A DNA stretch of 64,000 bases from Lachnospiraceae bacterium (GTDB lineage Bacteria > Bacillota > Clostridia > Lachnospirales > Lachnospiraceae): assembly GCA_017467845.1 (NCBI GenBank), contig JAFUKH010000025.1, positions 14,041 to 78,040 of the forward strand, written 5' to 3'. Within the stretch, counting starts at the first letter, position 1, and each line of letters begins with the position of its first letter. Positions 29,539 to 39,309 of the stretch are shown here, one piece after another. The position numbers were made by a program, and so were the translations under genes. The notes beneath the pieces were generated by a model. It saw only the letters and a program-made list of their open reading frames with translations, ran no database searches and was not told where the DNA came from.

Positions 29539-30812
29539 TTCGGAAAAGTTTAGTGATTATTGGCGGAGGCCCTGCCGGAATGGCTGCTGCTCTTGGTGCA
29601 GTCAAGGGAGGACTTGCCCCGCAGGAGATACTGATATTAGAAAGAGATAAACGTTTGGGAGGAATCCTGAATCAATGTATACATAATGGTTTTGGATTGC
29701 ATACCTTTAAGGAGGAATTAACGGGGCCGGAGTACGCGGCAAGGTACGAGGCTCAGATTGAGGAAAAGCAGATTCCTTATAAGCTGGAAACCATGGTGAT
29801 GAGTATCCGTGAGGGTGAGGAAAAGGAAATAATTGCCATGAATGGACGGGAGGGAATCCTGGAAATTTATGCAAAAGCCGTGATTCTTGCCATGGGATGT
29901 AGAGAGCGTCCAAGAGGTGCCTTGAATATTCCCGGCTATCGTCCGGCGGGCATATACAGTGCCGGAACAGCTCAGTACTATGTAAACATGGAGGGAAAGC
30001 TTCCGGGAAAGGAAGTGGTAATCCTGGGAAGTGGTGACATCGGGCTGATTATGGCGAGGCGTATGACCTTGGAGGGGGCCAAAGTGAAGGCTGTAGCAGA
30101 ATTGATGCCTTATTCCGGAGGTCTCAAGCGTAATATCGTGCAGTGTTTACAGGATTTTGATATACCGCTGCTTCTCAGTCATACCGTAGTAGATATCAAA
30201 GGAAAAGAGCGTGTTGAGGGGGTAACTATTGCACAGGTAGATGAGAAAAGTGTGCCCATTCCGGGAACGGAAGAGTTTTATCCTTGCGATACACTGCTTT
30301 TGTCCTGTGGCCTGATTCCCGAAAATGAATTGTCTCTGGGCTGCGGTGTGGAAATAAGTCCTGTAACCGGTGGTCCTGTGGTAAATGAATGTTTGGAAAC
30401 CAGTAAATCCGGTATCTTTGCTTGTGGAAATGTACTTCATGTACATGATTTGGTGGATTATGTATCCGGTGAAGCATTAGAGGCCGGTGAGCGTGCCGCG
30501 GAGTATGTTCTGAGTGAAGAGGATTCCGGGCCCGGTGGGCAGGAGCTGACTGTCTGTGGGGAGAATGGTGTGCGATATACTGTGCCATCCACTATAAATA
30601 TGAATCGAATGAAGGAAACTCAGACCATTCGCTTCCGAGTAGGCAGGGAATTTCAGGGTGTGAAGGTTTCGGTTTATCTGGAGGATACCCTTTTACGTAG
30701 TATTCCCAAGAAGACTATGGCACCGGGAGAGATGGAGAAGGTGATTTTGCTTAAGAAGGATTTGGAGGGCAAAGAAATTCAGCGCATTCGGATTACCATC
30801 GAGGAGGCATAA
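29535..30812 (+). CDS. NAD(P)/FAD-dependent oxidoreductase (second subunit)
   Basis: GGGPAG, GGILNQCIHNGFG, GSGDIG, CGNVLHVHDLVD. Confidence 0.85.
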   Translation: MIRKSLVIIGGGPAGMAAALGAVKGGLAPQEILILERDKRLGGILNQCIHNGFGLHTFKEELTGPEYAARYEAQIEEKQIPYKLETMVMSIREGEEKEIIAMNGREGILEIYAKAVILAMGCRERPRGALNIPGYRPAGIYSAGTAQYYVNMEGKLPGKEVVILGSGDIGLIMARRMTLEGAKVKAVAELMPYSGGLKRNIVQCLQDFDIPLLLSHTVVDIKGKERVEGVTIAQVDEKSVPIPGTEEFYPCDTLLLSCGLIPENELSLGCGVEISPVTGGPVVNECLETSKSGIFACGNVLHVHDLVDYVSGEALEAGERAAEYVLSEEDSGPGGQELTVCGENGVRYTVPSTINMNRMKETQTIRFRVGREFQGVKVSVYLEDTLLRSIPKKTMAPGEMEKVILLKKDLEGKEIQRIRITIEEA

Positions 30813-30813
30813 T

Positions 30814-31182
30814 ATGGAAGAGAAAAAAGAATTGACCTGTATCGGTTGTCCCATGGGATGTCAGATTACAGTTACCCTGAAGGATAATATGGTGACAAGT
30901 GTGTCAGGAAATACCTGCAAAATCGGAGATACTTACGCCAGAGAAGAGGTAACGGATCCAAGAAGAACAGTAACCAGCATTATGAAGGTTGACGGAGGGG
31001 AATTACCTGTAGTATCGGTGAAGACCAAGGAGAGCATTCCTAAAGGTCTCATGTTTGGGGTGATGGAGGAAATCGGTGCTGTGAAGGTAAATGCACCCAT
31101 AGCCATCGGGCAGATACTCATTGAGAATGTAGCAGGTACGGGTGTTGCAGTAGTAGCAACCAGAGAAATAAAAGAAAAGTAG
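30814..31182 (+). CDS. DUF1667 small Fe-S/Cys protein
   Basis: CIGCPMGC...GNTC...PRRTVTS. Confidence 0.85.
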   Translation: MEEKKELTCIGCPMGCQITVTLKDNMVTSVSGNTCKIGDTYAREEVTDPRRTVTSIMKVDGGELPVVSVKTKESIPKGLMFGVMEEIGAVKVNAPIAIGQILIENVAGTGVAVVATREIKEK

Positions 31183-31191
31183 GGGATTCAT

Positions 31192-32688
31192 ATGGAGCAG
31201 AAATATATAATGGCACTTGATCAGGGAACTACCAGTTCCCGCTGTATTTTGTTTGATAAGAGGGGTAATATCATCAGTATGGCTCAGAGAGAGTTTGAGC
31301 AGATTTATCCCCAGCCGGGCTGGGTAGAGCATAACCCCATGGAAATCTGGGCATCCCAGATGTCTGTGGCAATTGAAGCAATGACCAAGGTTGGTGTGGG
31401 AACGGACCGCATAGCAGCATTGGGAATCACCAATCAGAGAGAAACTACCATTGTATGGGACAAGGTTACCGGTGTGCCGGTATACAATGCCATCGTGTGG
31501 CAGTGTCACAGAACAGCGGATATGATAGAGCGTCTTAAGGATGAGGGGTATGATACGGTAATCCGCGAGAAGACGGGGCTTATTCCGGATGCGTATTTCA
31601 GTGCGACTAAGATTGCTTGGATTCTGGATAATGTGCCGGGAGCGAGAGAGAGAGCTAAGAAGGGAGAGCTTGCCTTCGGTACAGTGGACACCTGGCTTAT
31701 CTGGAACCTTTCCAAGGGGAAAATATTTGTGACGGATTATACCAATGCTTCCAGAACCATGCTCTTTAATATACATGAAAAATGCTGGGACAAGGAGCTT
31801 TTAGAGAAGTTCTGTATTCCGGAGGCTATGCTTCCGGAAGTAAAACCATCCAGCTGTGTTTACGGAACCACCGATGAGAGTGTGCTGGGAGGAGAGATTA
31901 TCATTTCCGGAGCTGCAGGTGACCAGCAAGCGGCACTATTTGGACAGTGCTGCTTTGCAGAAGGTGATGTAAAGAATACCTATGGAACCGGCTGTTTTCT
32001 TCTTATGAACACGGGGAATAAGGCGATTACATCCCAAAATGGACTACTGACAACGATGGCAGCCAGTGACACTACCGAAGCGCAGTATGCCTTAGAGGGC
32101 AGCGTGTTTGTGGCGGGTGCGGCAATCCAGTGGCTTCGGGACGAGATGCGAATGATTAAGTCCTCAGCACAATCGGAAGAATATGCAAAGGATGTGGAGG
32201 ATACGGCAGGAGTATATGTAGTTCCCGCTTTTACGGGGCTGGGAGCACCCTATTGGAACCAGTACTGCAGAGGTATGGTAGTAGGTCTTACCAGAGGCTG
32301 TAATAAGGAACATTTTATCAGAGCTACATTGGAATCTCTGGCATATCAGACCCAAAGTGTGCTTCGTGCCATGGAGCAGGATACCGGACTGGATATTACC
32401 GATCTGCGTGTGGATGGCGGTGCCAGTGCCAATAATTTCCTGATGCAGTTTCAGGCAGATATTTTAGATGCGCAGGTTCTGAGACCAAGCTGTATCGAGA
32501 CTACAGCACTTGGCGCAGCGTATTTGGCCGGCCTTGCAGTGGGATATTGGAAAGATAAGGAAGAAATTCGGGAGAATTGGGAACTCTCCTACAGGTTTGA
32601 ACCTGCAATGGAGGACAACATACGCCGCAAGAGGCTGAAGGGCTGGGAAAAAGCGGTAAAATGCGCGCTTCTCTGGTCGGAAGATTAA
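31192..32688 (+). CDS. glpK: Glycerol kinase
   Basis: [44 protein letters not shown]. Confidence 0.96.
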   Translation: MEQKYIMALDQGTTSSRCILFDKRGNIISMAQREFEQIYPQPGWVEHNPMEIWASQMSVAIEAMTKVGVGTDRIAALGITNQRETTIVWDKVTGVPVYNAIVWQCHRTADMIERLKDEGYDTVIREKTGLIPDAYFSATKIAWILDNVPGARERAKKGELAFGTVDTWLIWNLSKGKIFVTDYTNASRTMLFNIHEKCWDKELLEKFCIPEAMLPEVKPSSCVYGTTDESVLGGEIIISGAAGDQQAALFGQCCFAEGDVKNTYGTGCFLLMNTGNKAITSQNGLLTTMAASDTTEAQYALEGSVFVAGAAIQWLRDEMRMIKSSAQSEEYAKDVEDTAGVYVVPAFTGLGAPYWNQYCRGMVVGLTRGCNKEHFIRATLESLAYQTQSVLRAMEQDTGLDITDLRVDGGASANNFLMQFQADILDAQVLRPSCIETTALGAAYLAGLAVGYWKDKEEIRENWELSYRFEPAMEDNIRRKRLKGWEKAVKCALLWSED

Positions 32689-32768
32689 ATATTTATTTGA
32701 CTTTTAGAGGGCAGAATGATATTCTACACTAGTTAAAGTGCATATTTATGCACTTTTTTGGAGGAACT

Positions 32769-33923
32769 ATGGATCTAAAGAAGCTGGCGTATCAGACAGA
32801 AGATGTGAATAAAGAATGGTCCGAGAGGATTAGTGACTTTATATATAACCATCCGGAGCTGGGAGATGAGGAGTACGAATCCTCTGCTTATCTGGTGAAA
32901 TGTCTGGAAGAAATGGGCTTTACCTGTACTTATCCTTACCTGGGAATGGCTACGGCTTTTCGGGCAGAATATGGTGATGAGGAAGGTCCGGCAATCGGTT
33001 TTATGGCGGAATACGATGCCCTTCGCGGCTATGGCATAAACCATGATGAACTGGCACATGCCTGCGGGCACAATTGGATTGCGGCGTCTACTTTGGCAGC
33101 AGCAGTCTCGCTTAAGGGTACGAAGGAGCATTGGAAGGGTAAAATCGTAGTAATCGGAACTCCGGCGGAGGAGAATTTCGGACGAAAGGTAGATATGGCT
33201 GAGGCAGGAGTGTTTGATGGACTAGCCGCATGCTTTGAGATGCATTTGGACCGTGTCAACTGTGTGGAAAATACTGCCCTTGCCATGACCGATTTTATCT
33301 TTGAATTTGAAGGGAAAGCCGCCCACGCAGCTGGTCATCCTGCAGCAGGTGTAAATGCACTGGATGGCTGTAATCTGACCATTGCGGGCATTAATGCACT
33401 CAGGCAGCATTTAGAGCCGGACGTTCGTATCCATTACGTATATGTAGATGGCGGAAAATCGCCCAACGTAGTTCCAGAGCATGCTTCCCTGGCGGTATAT
33501 GTGCGTGCGGGTCAGAAGGATTATCTGGAGGAGGTTATTGAGAAGGTTTTGAACTGCGGGCGCGGGGCAGAACTGATGACCGGTGCCAAGTTTACCTATC
33601 AGAGGGCAGAAAATACCTATTATGATATCAAGCACTATCCGGAATTAGATGCCATGATGGTGGAGAATCTTGCGAATCTGGGTATTACGGATCTGGCAAA
33701 GGGAGATATTTATCATAGCGGCAGTACAGATGTGGGAAATGTAACCTACCGTTGTCCTACCTGCTATACACATCTGAGCCTTGGAGCAGTCACCGATGCA
33801 GGCGGTCACGAGGAAGAATTTTTAAAATATGTTAACTCCGCAGAAAGTAATAGATTATTGCACATTGGAGCAAAAGCTATGGCAGCTACTGCGTTGGATG
33901 TTATAAAAAATGGAGGATTTTAA
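32769..33923 (+). CDS. M20-family amidohydrolase
   Basis: HPELGDEE, EYDAL, HACGHN, GTPAEE, GSTDVGNV. Confidence 0.9.
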   Translation: MDLKKLAYQTEDVNKEWSERISDFIYNHPELGDEEYESSAYLVKCLEEMGFTCTYPYLGMATAFRAEYGDEEGPAIGFMAEYDALRGYGINHDELAHACGHNWIAASTLAAAVSLKGTKEHWKGKIVVIGTPAEENFGRKVDMAEAGVFDGLAACFEMHLDRVNCVENTALAMTDFIFEFEGKAAHAAGHPAAGVNALDGCNLTIAGINALRQHLEPDVRIHYVYVDGGKSPNVVPEHASLAVYVRAGQKDYLEEVIEKVLNCGRGAELMTGAKFTYQRAENTYYDIKHYPELDAMMVENLANLGITDLAKGDIYHSGSTDVGNVTYRCPTCYTHLSLGAVTDAGGHEEEFLKYVNSAESNRLLHIGAKAMAATALDVIKNGGF

Positions 33924-33926
33924 GAA

Positions 33927-34748
33927 ATGAAGAAACTTTTGGCACTTTTACTTACCGGCATGATGACCTTAAGTATGGTCGCATGTGGTTCATCTAAGGA
34001 GGAGTCTGCAAACAGATTAGAAAGCATTATGGCTGCAGGCAAAATCGTTATTTGTACTTCTCCTGACTACGCACCTTACGAGTTCGAGGACCCAACCAAA
34101 GAGGGTCAGGACAAATATGTGGGTGCAGATATGGAGCTTGCAAGATATATTGCCAAGGAGCTTGGCGTAGAGCTGGAAATCACCGCTATGGATTTTGATG
34201 CGTGTATCGCAGCTGTTGGTGAAGCTCGTGTAGACCTTGGTATCATTGGTATGGACGCAACAGAGGACAGAGCACTTATCATGGATTTTACCGATGAATA
34301 TTACAATGATACTGCACAGAAGATGATTATCCGTAAGGAAGATGCAGAGAAGTATACTACTATCGCATCTTTTGATGAGACCACTACTGTGGCAGCACAG
34401 AACGGTACACTTCAGGTTGGTTTAGTAACCGGTCAGACTACGGCATCTTTAGAGCCTATTGCAAAAATTACTGATGGTGTACTTATGCTTGAAGGTGGAA
34501 AGATTGACGGTCTTGCAGCTGCTGAGGTTGTTGCAAACAGCATTGTTGAGAAGAATGACGCATTAGCACTTGTTCCCGAGAACTTTGAGTACTCTTCTGA
34601 CGGAATTGTTTGTGGTGTTCCGAAGGGTGAGGAAGAATTAGTTGCAAAGTTAAACGAGATTATTGCAGAAGTTGTTGAGTCAGGTATTTATTATCAGTGG
34701 ATGGAAGAGGCTAACGTTTTGGCCAATTCTTTAGGGGTAACCAACTAA
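33927..34748 (+). CDS. Polar amino-acid ABC transporter substrate-binding lipoprotein
   Basis: Lipobox MVAC, SPDYAPYEF, GADMELA. Confidence 0.9.
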   Translation: MKKLLALLLTGMMTLSMVACGSSKEESANRLESIMAAGKIVICTSPDYAPYEFEDPTKEGQDKYVGADMELARYIAKELGVELEITAMDFDACIAAVGEARVDLGIIGMDATEDRALIMDFTDEYYNDTAQKMIIRKEDAEKYTTIASFDETTTVAAQNGTLQVGLVTGQTTASLEPIAKITDGVLMLEGGKIDGLAAAEVVANSIVEKNDALALVPENFEYSSDGIVCGVPKGEEELVAKLNEIIAEVVESGIYYQWMEEANVLANSLGVTN

Positions 34749-34774
34749 AAGCCTGAGTATTTGGAGGATAACAT

Positions 34775-35437
34775 ATGTTAGAAACAATGGGGATGCTGGT
34801 ACAAAGATATTACGGCTTATTCCTGGATGGTGTGAAATATACATTGCTGCTGGCCTTGATTGCCGTCACTTTGGGTACGGTCATCGGAACTGTTCTGGCG
34901 ATAATGAAGATGGCGAACTTTAAGCCTGTTTCCTGGCTTGCAACTGCCTATATTGAGATTTTTAGAGGGACACCTCTTTTGCTACAGCTGTATTTATTTT
35001 ACTTTTTAGTTCCTCAGATTTTACCTTTTGAGCCAAGTAAATTTGTGTGCGTATCCACGGCACTTGTACTCAATACCGGTGCATATGTATCTGAAATTAT
35101 TCGTGCAGGTATTCAGGCAGTTGATAAGGGACAGACGGAGGCGGCGAGAAGCCTTGGTTTGAATAGCGTGCAGACTATGAGAAAGGTTGTATTTCCTCAG
35201 GCTTTAAAAAATATTTTGCCTGCGCTGGGTAATGAGTTTGTTACCGATATTAAGGAAACATCCTTGGCATCAACCTTCTTCGTAGGTGATTTGATGACAT
35301 GTTACCGTACTATCAACGGAGCCTTATATATTACCTTAGAGCCTTTGATTATCGTGGGTATTATCTACTTTATTCTGACCTTCAGTTTGAGCAAACTGGT
35401 GGCATTTATCGAAAGGAGAATCCAGTATGATCATTAA
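34775..35437 (+). CDS. Amino-acid ABC permease
   Basis: [27 protein letters not shown]. Confidence 0.92.
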   Translation: MLETMGMLVQRYYGLFLDGVKYTLLLALIAVTLGTVIGTVLAIMKMANFKPVSWLATAYIEIFRGTPLLLQLYLFYFLVPQILPFEPSKFVCVSTALVLNTGAYVSEIIRAGIQAVDKGQTEAARSLGLNSVQTMRKVVFPQALKNILPALGNEFVTDIKETSLASTFFVGDLMTCYRTINGALYITLEPLIIVGIIYFILTFSLSKLVAFIERRIQYDH

Positions 35438-36152
35438 GGTTGAGAATTTACAGAAAAGCTTCGGTGATAATCATGTACTTACCGACATTAATGCAGAAAT
35501 TGAAGAGAATGAGGTAATCTCCATTATCGGAACCTCCGGCTCCGGTAAAAGTACTTTTCTTCGTTGCCTGAATTTATTAGAACAGCCTACCGGCGGTAAA
35601 ATCTGGTTCAAGGGCGTGGACCTTACCGCAAAGGGTGTGGATATCAATGTTCATCGTCAGAAAATGGGTATGGTATTCCAGAATTTTAATGTATTCCCGA
35701 ATATGAGGGTGGAAGATAATATTACCATGGCACCGGTGCTTCTTAAAAAGAAGACTAAGGAAGAGGCACATGACTTGGCGATGAAACTCCTTGACCGTGT
35801 GGGGCTTTTGGAGAAGGCATCTGCATATCCGGGTTCCTTATCCGGTGGTCAGAAGCAGCGTCTTGCTATTGTGAGAGCACTGGCTATGGAGCCGGAAGTA
35901 CTTCTTTTTGACGAGCCTACTTCTGCACTTGACCCGGAGATGGTAGGAGAAGTTCTCTCTGTTATCAAGGGACTTATGCATACCGGTATGACAAGTATCA
36001 TCGTTACACATGAAATGGGCTTTGCAAAGGAAGTTTCGGACAGAGTGTTCTTTATGAATGAAGGAATTCTGGCAGAGACCGGTACTCCGGAACAGATTTT
36101 TGACAATCCACAGCTTCCAAGACTGAAGGAATTTTTAAGTAAAGTACTGTAA
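35427..36152 (+). CDS. Amino-acid ABC ATPase (GlnQ-like)
   Basis: [35 protein letters not shown]. Confidence 0.92.
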   Translation: MIIKVENLQKSFGDNHVLTDINAEIEENEVISIIGTSGSGKSTFLRCLNLLEQPTGGKIWFKGVDLTAKGVDINVHRQKMGMVFQNFNVFPNMRVEDNITMAPVLLKKKTKEEAHDLAMKLLDRVGLLEKASAYPGSLSGGQKQRLAIVRALAMEPEVLLFDEPTSALDPEMVGEVLSVIKGLMHTGMTSIIVTHEMGFAKEVSDRVFFMNEGILAETGTPEQIFDNPQLPRLKEFLSKVL

Positions 36153-36331
36153 TTACGGTACCGATTAACTACCAAAGCCTGTCCACTTATGGATGGGCTT
36201 TAACTATGCGTATACAGTAAGTTGTTTCTTGCTTTTTCCTAAACAGTATATTATAATTGCGATAGTACATTGGAGAAGTATGAACACTTAAAATTAGTGG
36301 TACTAAAATGAATACGAAAGGAAGAAAATTT

Positions 36332-37687
36332 ATGGAAAAATTTTTCAAGCTGAAAGAGAATGGCACCGACGTTCGTACTGAAGTTATGGCAGGTTTGACA
36401 ACATTCTTTGCCATGGCATACATTCTCTTTGTTAACCCTAACATTCTGTCTCAGTCCGGCATGGAATGGGGCGCGGTTTTTCTTGCAACAATTATCGCAT
36501 CTGTGGTTGGTACCTTAATCATGGGTCTTGTTGCTAATGTTCCTTATGCACAGGCACCCGGCATGGGCTTGAATGCATTCTTTGTTTATACTGTTTGCTT
36601 CGGTTTGGGATTCACCTGGCAGCAGGCATTGTCCATGGTATTTATCTGTGGTCTTCTTAACATCATGATTACCGTTACTAAGCTCAGAAAGTACATTATG
36701 AAGGCTATTCCTACCAGCCTGCAGAATGCTATTGGTGGCGGTATTGGTTTGTTTGTTGCTTACATAGGATTTTTAAATGTTGGCTTTGTCAACTTTGATG
36801 CAGGTGTTCCTGCTTTGGCTACTTTGAACACTCCTACTTTGTGGGTGTTCCTGATTGGTATGGTGATTACTATCGTCCTGATGCTCCTCAAGGTTAAGGG
36901 TGCGATGCTTATCGCTATTATTGCTACAACTATTATTGGCATTCCTTTTGGGGTTACTTCAATGGGTAGCTCTGTTAGCTTCTCAGATGCTTGTGCAGCT
37001 TTACCTACTACCTTCTTGGCAATCTTTAAGGACGGCGGCCTTTTAAGTCTGTTCTCTGACGCTTCTAAGTTACCGTTAGTGCTGATTACCATTTTCTCAT
37101 TCAGTATCACAGATACCTTTGACACTATCGGTACCTTTATCGGAACCGGACGTCAGAGTGGTATTTTCTCTGAAGAGGATGAGAAGATGATGGATAGTAA
37201 TGCAGGATTTAAGTCAAGACTGGATAAGGCACTTTTTGCTGATGCTACCGCTACTTCTATTGGTGCTCTGTTTGGAACATCCAATACAACCACTTTCGTG
37301 GAGTCCACAGCCGGTATTGGTGCAGGCGGTCGTACCGGACTTACATCTGTTGTTACTGCACTGTGTTTTGCACTTTCAGCATTCTTGGCTACTTTTGTTA
37401 GTGCTGTTCCGTCTGCAGCAACTGCTCCGGCATTGGTTATGGTAGGTGTTCTGATGGCATCTTCCTTCAAAGATATTAATTGGAATGAACTGGATGAAGC
37501 ACTTCCTGCATTCTTTGCTGGTCTGTTTATGGCTTTATGTTACAGTATTTCTTATGGTATCGCATTCGGTTTCATTACCTACTGCATCGTTAAGATTTGC
37601 GCTCGTAAGGCCAAGGAAGTACATCCACTTCTGTGGGGCTGTACTGCGCTGTTTATTTTGAACTTCGTTCTGATGGCAATTTTATAA
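36332..37687 (+). CDS. NCS2/AzgA-family purine permease
   Basis: AGLTTFFAMAYILFVNP, APGMGLNAFF, FDTIGT, ESTAG..GGRTGLTS. Confidence 0.92.
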   Translation: MEKFFKLKENGTDVRTEVMAGLTTFFAMAYILFVNPNILSQSGMEWGAVFLATIIASVVGTLIMGLVANVPYAQAPGMGLNAFFVYTVCFGLGFTWQQALSMVFICGLLNIMITVTKLRKYIMKAIPTSLQNAIGGGIGLFVAYIGFLNVGFVNFDAGVPALATLNTPTLWVFLIGMVITIVLMLLKVKGAMLIAIIATTIIGIPFGVTSMGSSVSFSDACAALPTTFLAIFKDGGLLSLFSDASKLPLVLITIFSFSITDTFDTIGTFIGTGRQSGIFSEEDEKMMDSNAGFKSRLDKALFADATATSIGALFGTSNTTTFVESTAGIGAGGRTGLTSVVTALCFALSAFLATFVSAVPSAATAPALVMVGVLMASSFKDINWNELDEALPAFFAGLFMALCYSISYGIAFGFITYCIVKICARKAKEVHPLLWGCTALFILNFVLMAIL

Positions 37688-37695
37688 TTATATAG

Positions 37696-37730
37696 AAGGG
37701 CGTTTCGGCTGGTAGTCGGAACGCCTTTTT
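37696..37730 (+). terminator. Intrinsic terminator
   Basis: GGGCGTTTCGGCT/AGTCGGAACGCCT followed by Ts. Confidence 0.75.
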
Positions 37731-37906
37731 ATTTAAATATAGTTGACAATAAATGTATTAAAGAGTATATTAAAATAAAGTGAAAATCTGGAGACTAATC
37801 TTGTAGCGGAGCTACATTCTAACACTTTTCTATGGCGATTCTGCCGTGTGTCAGGGTATCCTGCGTATTTCACAGAACATTTAGCAGGGCTGACCTGCGG
37901 AAAGGA

Positions 37907-38558
37907 ATGAATATGGAGAAGGATTTGGTAGAGTATGCATATCTATCAGATAATTTGCGTTATGCAGATTTGTTTAACGGAGTGCTGTTTGGTGGTGAAG
38001 AGGTGATTGACTCGGGGAGAAGCTTGGGATGGTCCTAAGAGTTTGAGAGAAATCATGCAGCTGGAGGAATTACCCGAGTCTCTACGAGGTTATGTGAATG
38101 ATTATTCCATACACTTTGTGAATGTAAGGGAATTTGAAGATACCAGTGTGTTTAAGACTGATTTGAAACTGGTATTTGACTTTATGAAGTACACAAAAGA
38201 TCGAAAGGGTATGCGAACTCTATTGAGCGAAAATGAAGCATACAAGAGGGTGGCACGTGATGCCTATGAGGTAATGTGCATACATACGAATTTGAAAGAG
38301 TTAGATAAAATTATAGAGAAGAACAGTGGAGAAGATAAGGAGGTAGTAGATATGTGCCAAGCTATTAGGGAGATGCTAGAAGAGGAAAGAGAACAAGGAA
38401 TAGAACAAGGAATAATGCAAGGAATCTTACTACATACATACCGAATGGTAGAACGTGGTAGGATGAGTGTGGCGGAGGCATTGGAAGATATAAAGTCGGA
38501 TCAAACAGAAAATGATTTTGTGGAAGGAATGCTGGCTGCTGGATTTAAAGTGCCATAG
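37907..38558 (+). pseudogene. Rpn / PD-(D/E)XK putative-transposase family gene with internal deletion and frameshift
   Basis: N-terminus (MEKD..RYADLFNGVLFGGEEVID) joined out of frame to the C-terminal half (GEAWDGPKSLREIM..NDYSIHFV..MCQAI..EQGIEQG); nuclease core absent. Confidence 0.7.
38352..38558 (+). CDS. Probable internally initiated small C-terminal protein (RpnS-like), 68 aa
   Basis: Perfect SD TAAGGAGGT (38336-38344), 7 nt before an in-frame ATG (MCQAIREMLEEEREQG...). Confidence 0.55.
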   Translation: MCQAIREMLEEEREQGIEQGIMQGILLHTYRMVERGRMSVAEALEDIKSDQTENDFVEGMLAAGFKVP

Positions 38559-38574
38559 TATAAAGCTTATGTTG

Positions 38575-38605
38575 ACGGGGAGTAGGAAAATACTCTCCGT
38601 TTTTT
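38575..38605 (+). terminator. Intrinsic terminator
   Basis: ACGGGGAGTA/TACTCTCCGT followed by a T-run. Confidence 0.75.
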
Positions 38606-38680
38606 ATAGGATACAATTAATATTTGCATACTTTAGATGAGATAAAAAGGATATACGCTACAAAAATCTATGCTATAATG

Positions 38681-38973
38681 TATACAGCACCAAAGAAAAC
38701 CAAGCGACGCGAAGCGGCATTTGGTTTTCTGGTGCGTATAACGAGCAAACGGTCTGCGGAGCAGACAATGAGTGCGAAGCACGAGTTTGCGAGTCAGCCA
38801 GAAGGAGTGGGAGGAGCAGACAAAAGTGCGAAGCACGAGTTTGCGAGTCAGCCAGAAGGAGTGGGAGGAGCAGACAATGAGTGCGAAGCACGAGTTTGCG
38901 AGTCAGCCAGAAGGAGTGGGAGGAGCAGACAAAAGTGCGAAGCACGGTTTTGCGAGTCTCTGAAAGTAGGAGG
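38681..38973 (+). repeat. Hairpin element copy D with tandem amplification (55/54/55/about 52 bp units)
   Basis: Units start at 38758, 38813, 38867 and 38922, each GGAGCAGAC..GTGC-GAA-GCAC..TTTGCGAG; preceded by a long stem capped CGC-GAA-GCG. Confidence 0.85.
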
Positions 38974-38981
38974 TACAAGAG

Positions 38982-39308
38982 ATGCGACCAAGAAGAGGGC
39001 ATAGAGGGGGCAGTTTTTTGGAGCGAACCATAACGAATGCGATTAACAGTGCATTGAGTAGTGTGATTCACACTACGGTGCATAAAGTTGCCAATACAGT
39101 AGTAGACACTTCTGTAAACAAATATAAGGCTGCTAAGGAAGCTGAATTAGCGCAGTATAAGCAAGAGCAGGAGCTGGCGTTGGCGGAGGCAACAAAGAAT
39201 GTTGTAAGGCAGGATGAGATGGCAAAGTATCCTGCAGAGTGTCCCAATTGTGCTGCAGCTACGGATGGTAGCAGATACTGCAAATATTGTGATGGAAAGC
39301 TGGTATAA
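38982..39308 (+). CDS. Small hypothetical protein with C-terminal zinc ribbon
   Basis: SD AGGAGG; helical region, then CPNC...CKYC. Confidence 0.7.
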   Translation: MRPRRGHRGGSFLERTITNAINSALSSVIHTTVHKVANTVVDTSVNKYKAAKEAELAQYKQEQELALAEATKNVVRQDEMAKYPAECPNCAAATDGSRYCKYCDGKLV

Positions 39309-39309
39309 T

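Noticed and set aside
32689-32768. T-box or other riboswitch before the amidohydrolase/amino-acid ABC operon
   Set aside because: The gap is only 80 nt and holds promoter-like boxes; no T-box GGTGGNACC motif
36160-36331. Purine riboswitch upstream of the NCS2 permease
   Set aside because: No TATAAT...ATATGG...GTTTCTAC aptamer core; only a terminator-like hairpin from the upstream operon and an AT-rich promoter region
37907-38558. Active IS element
   Set aside because: No terminal inverted repeats or target duplication seen, and the nuclease core is deleted
38758-38973. CRISPR array
   Set aside because: Units are contiguous near-identical repeats with no unique spacers, and there are no cas genes in the window
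38624-39083. ORFs 38624..39004(+), 38673..39083(-), 38772..38963(+), 38633..38836(-)
   Set aside because: They arise from the tandem repeat; unit lengths 55/54 shift frame, and there is no SD or recognisable domain
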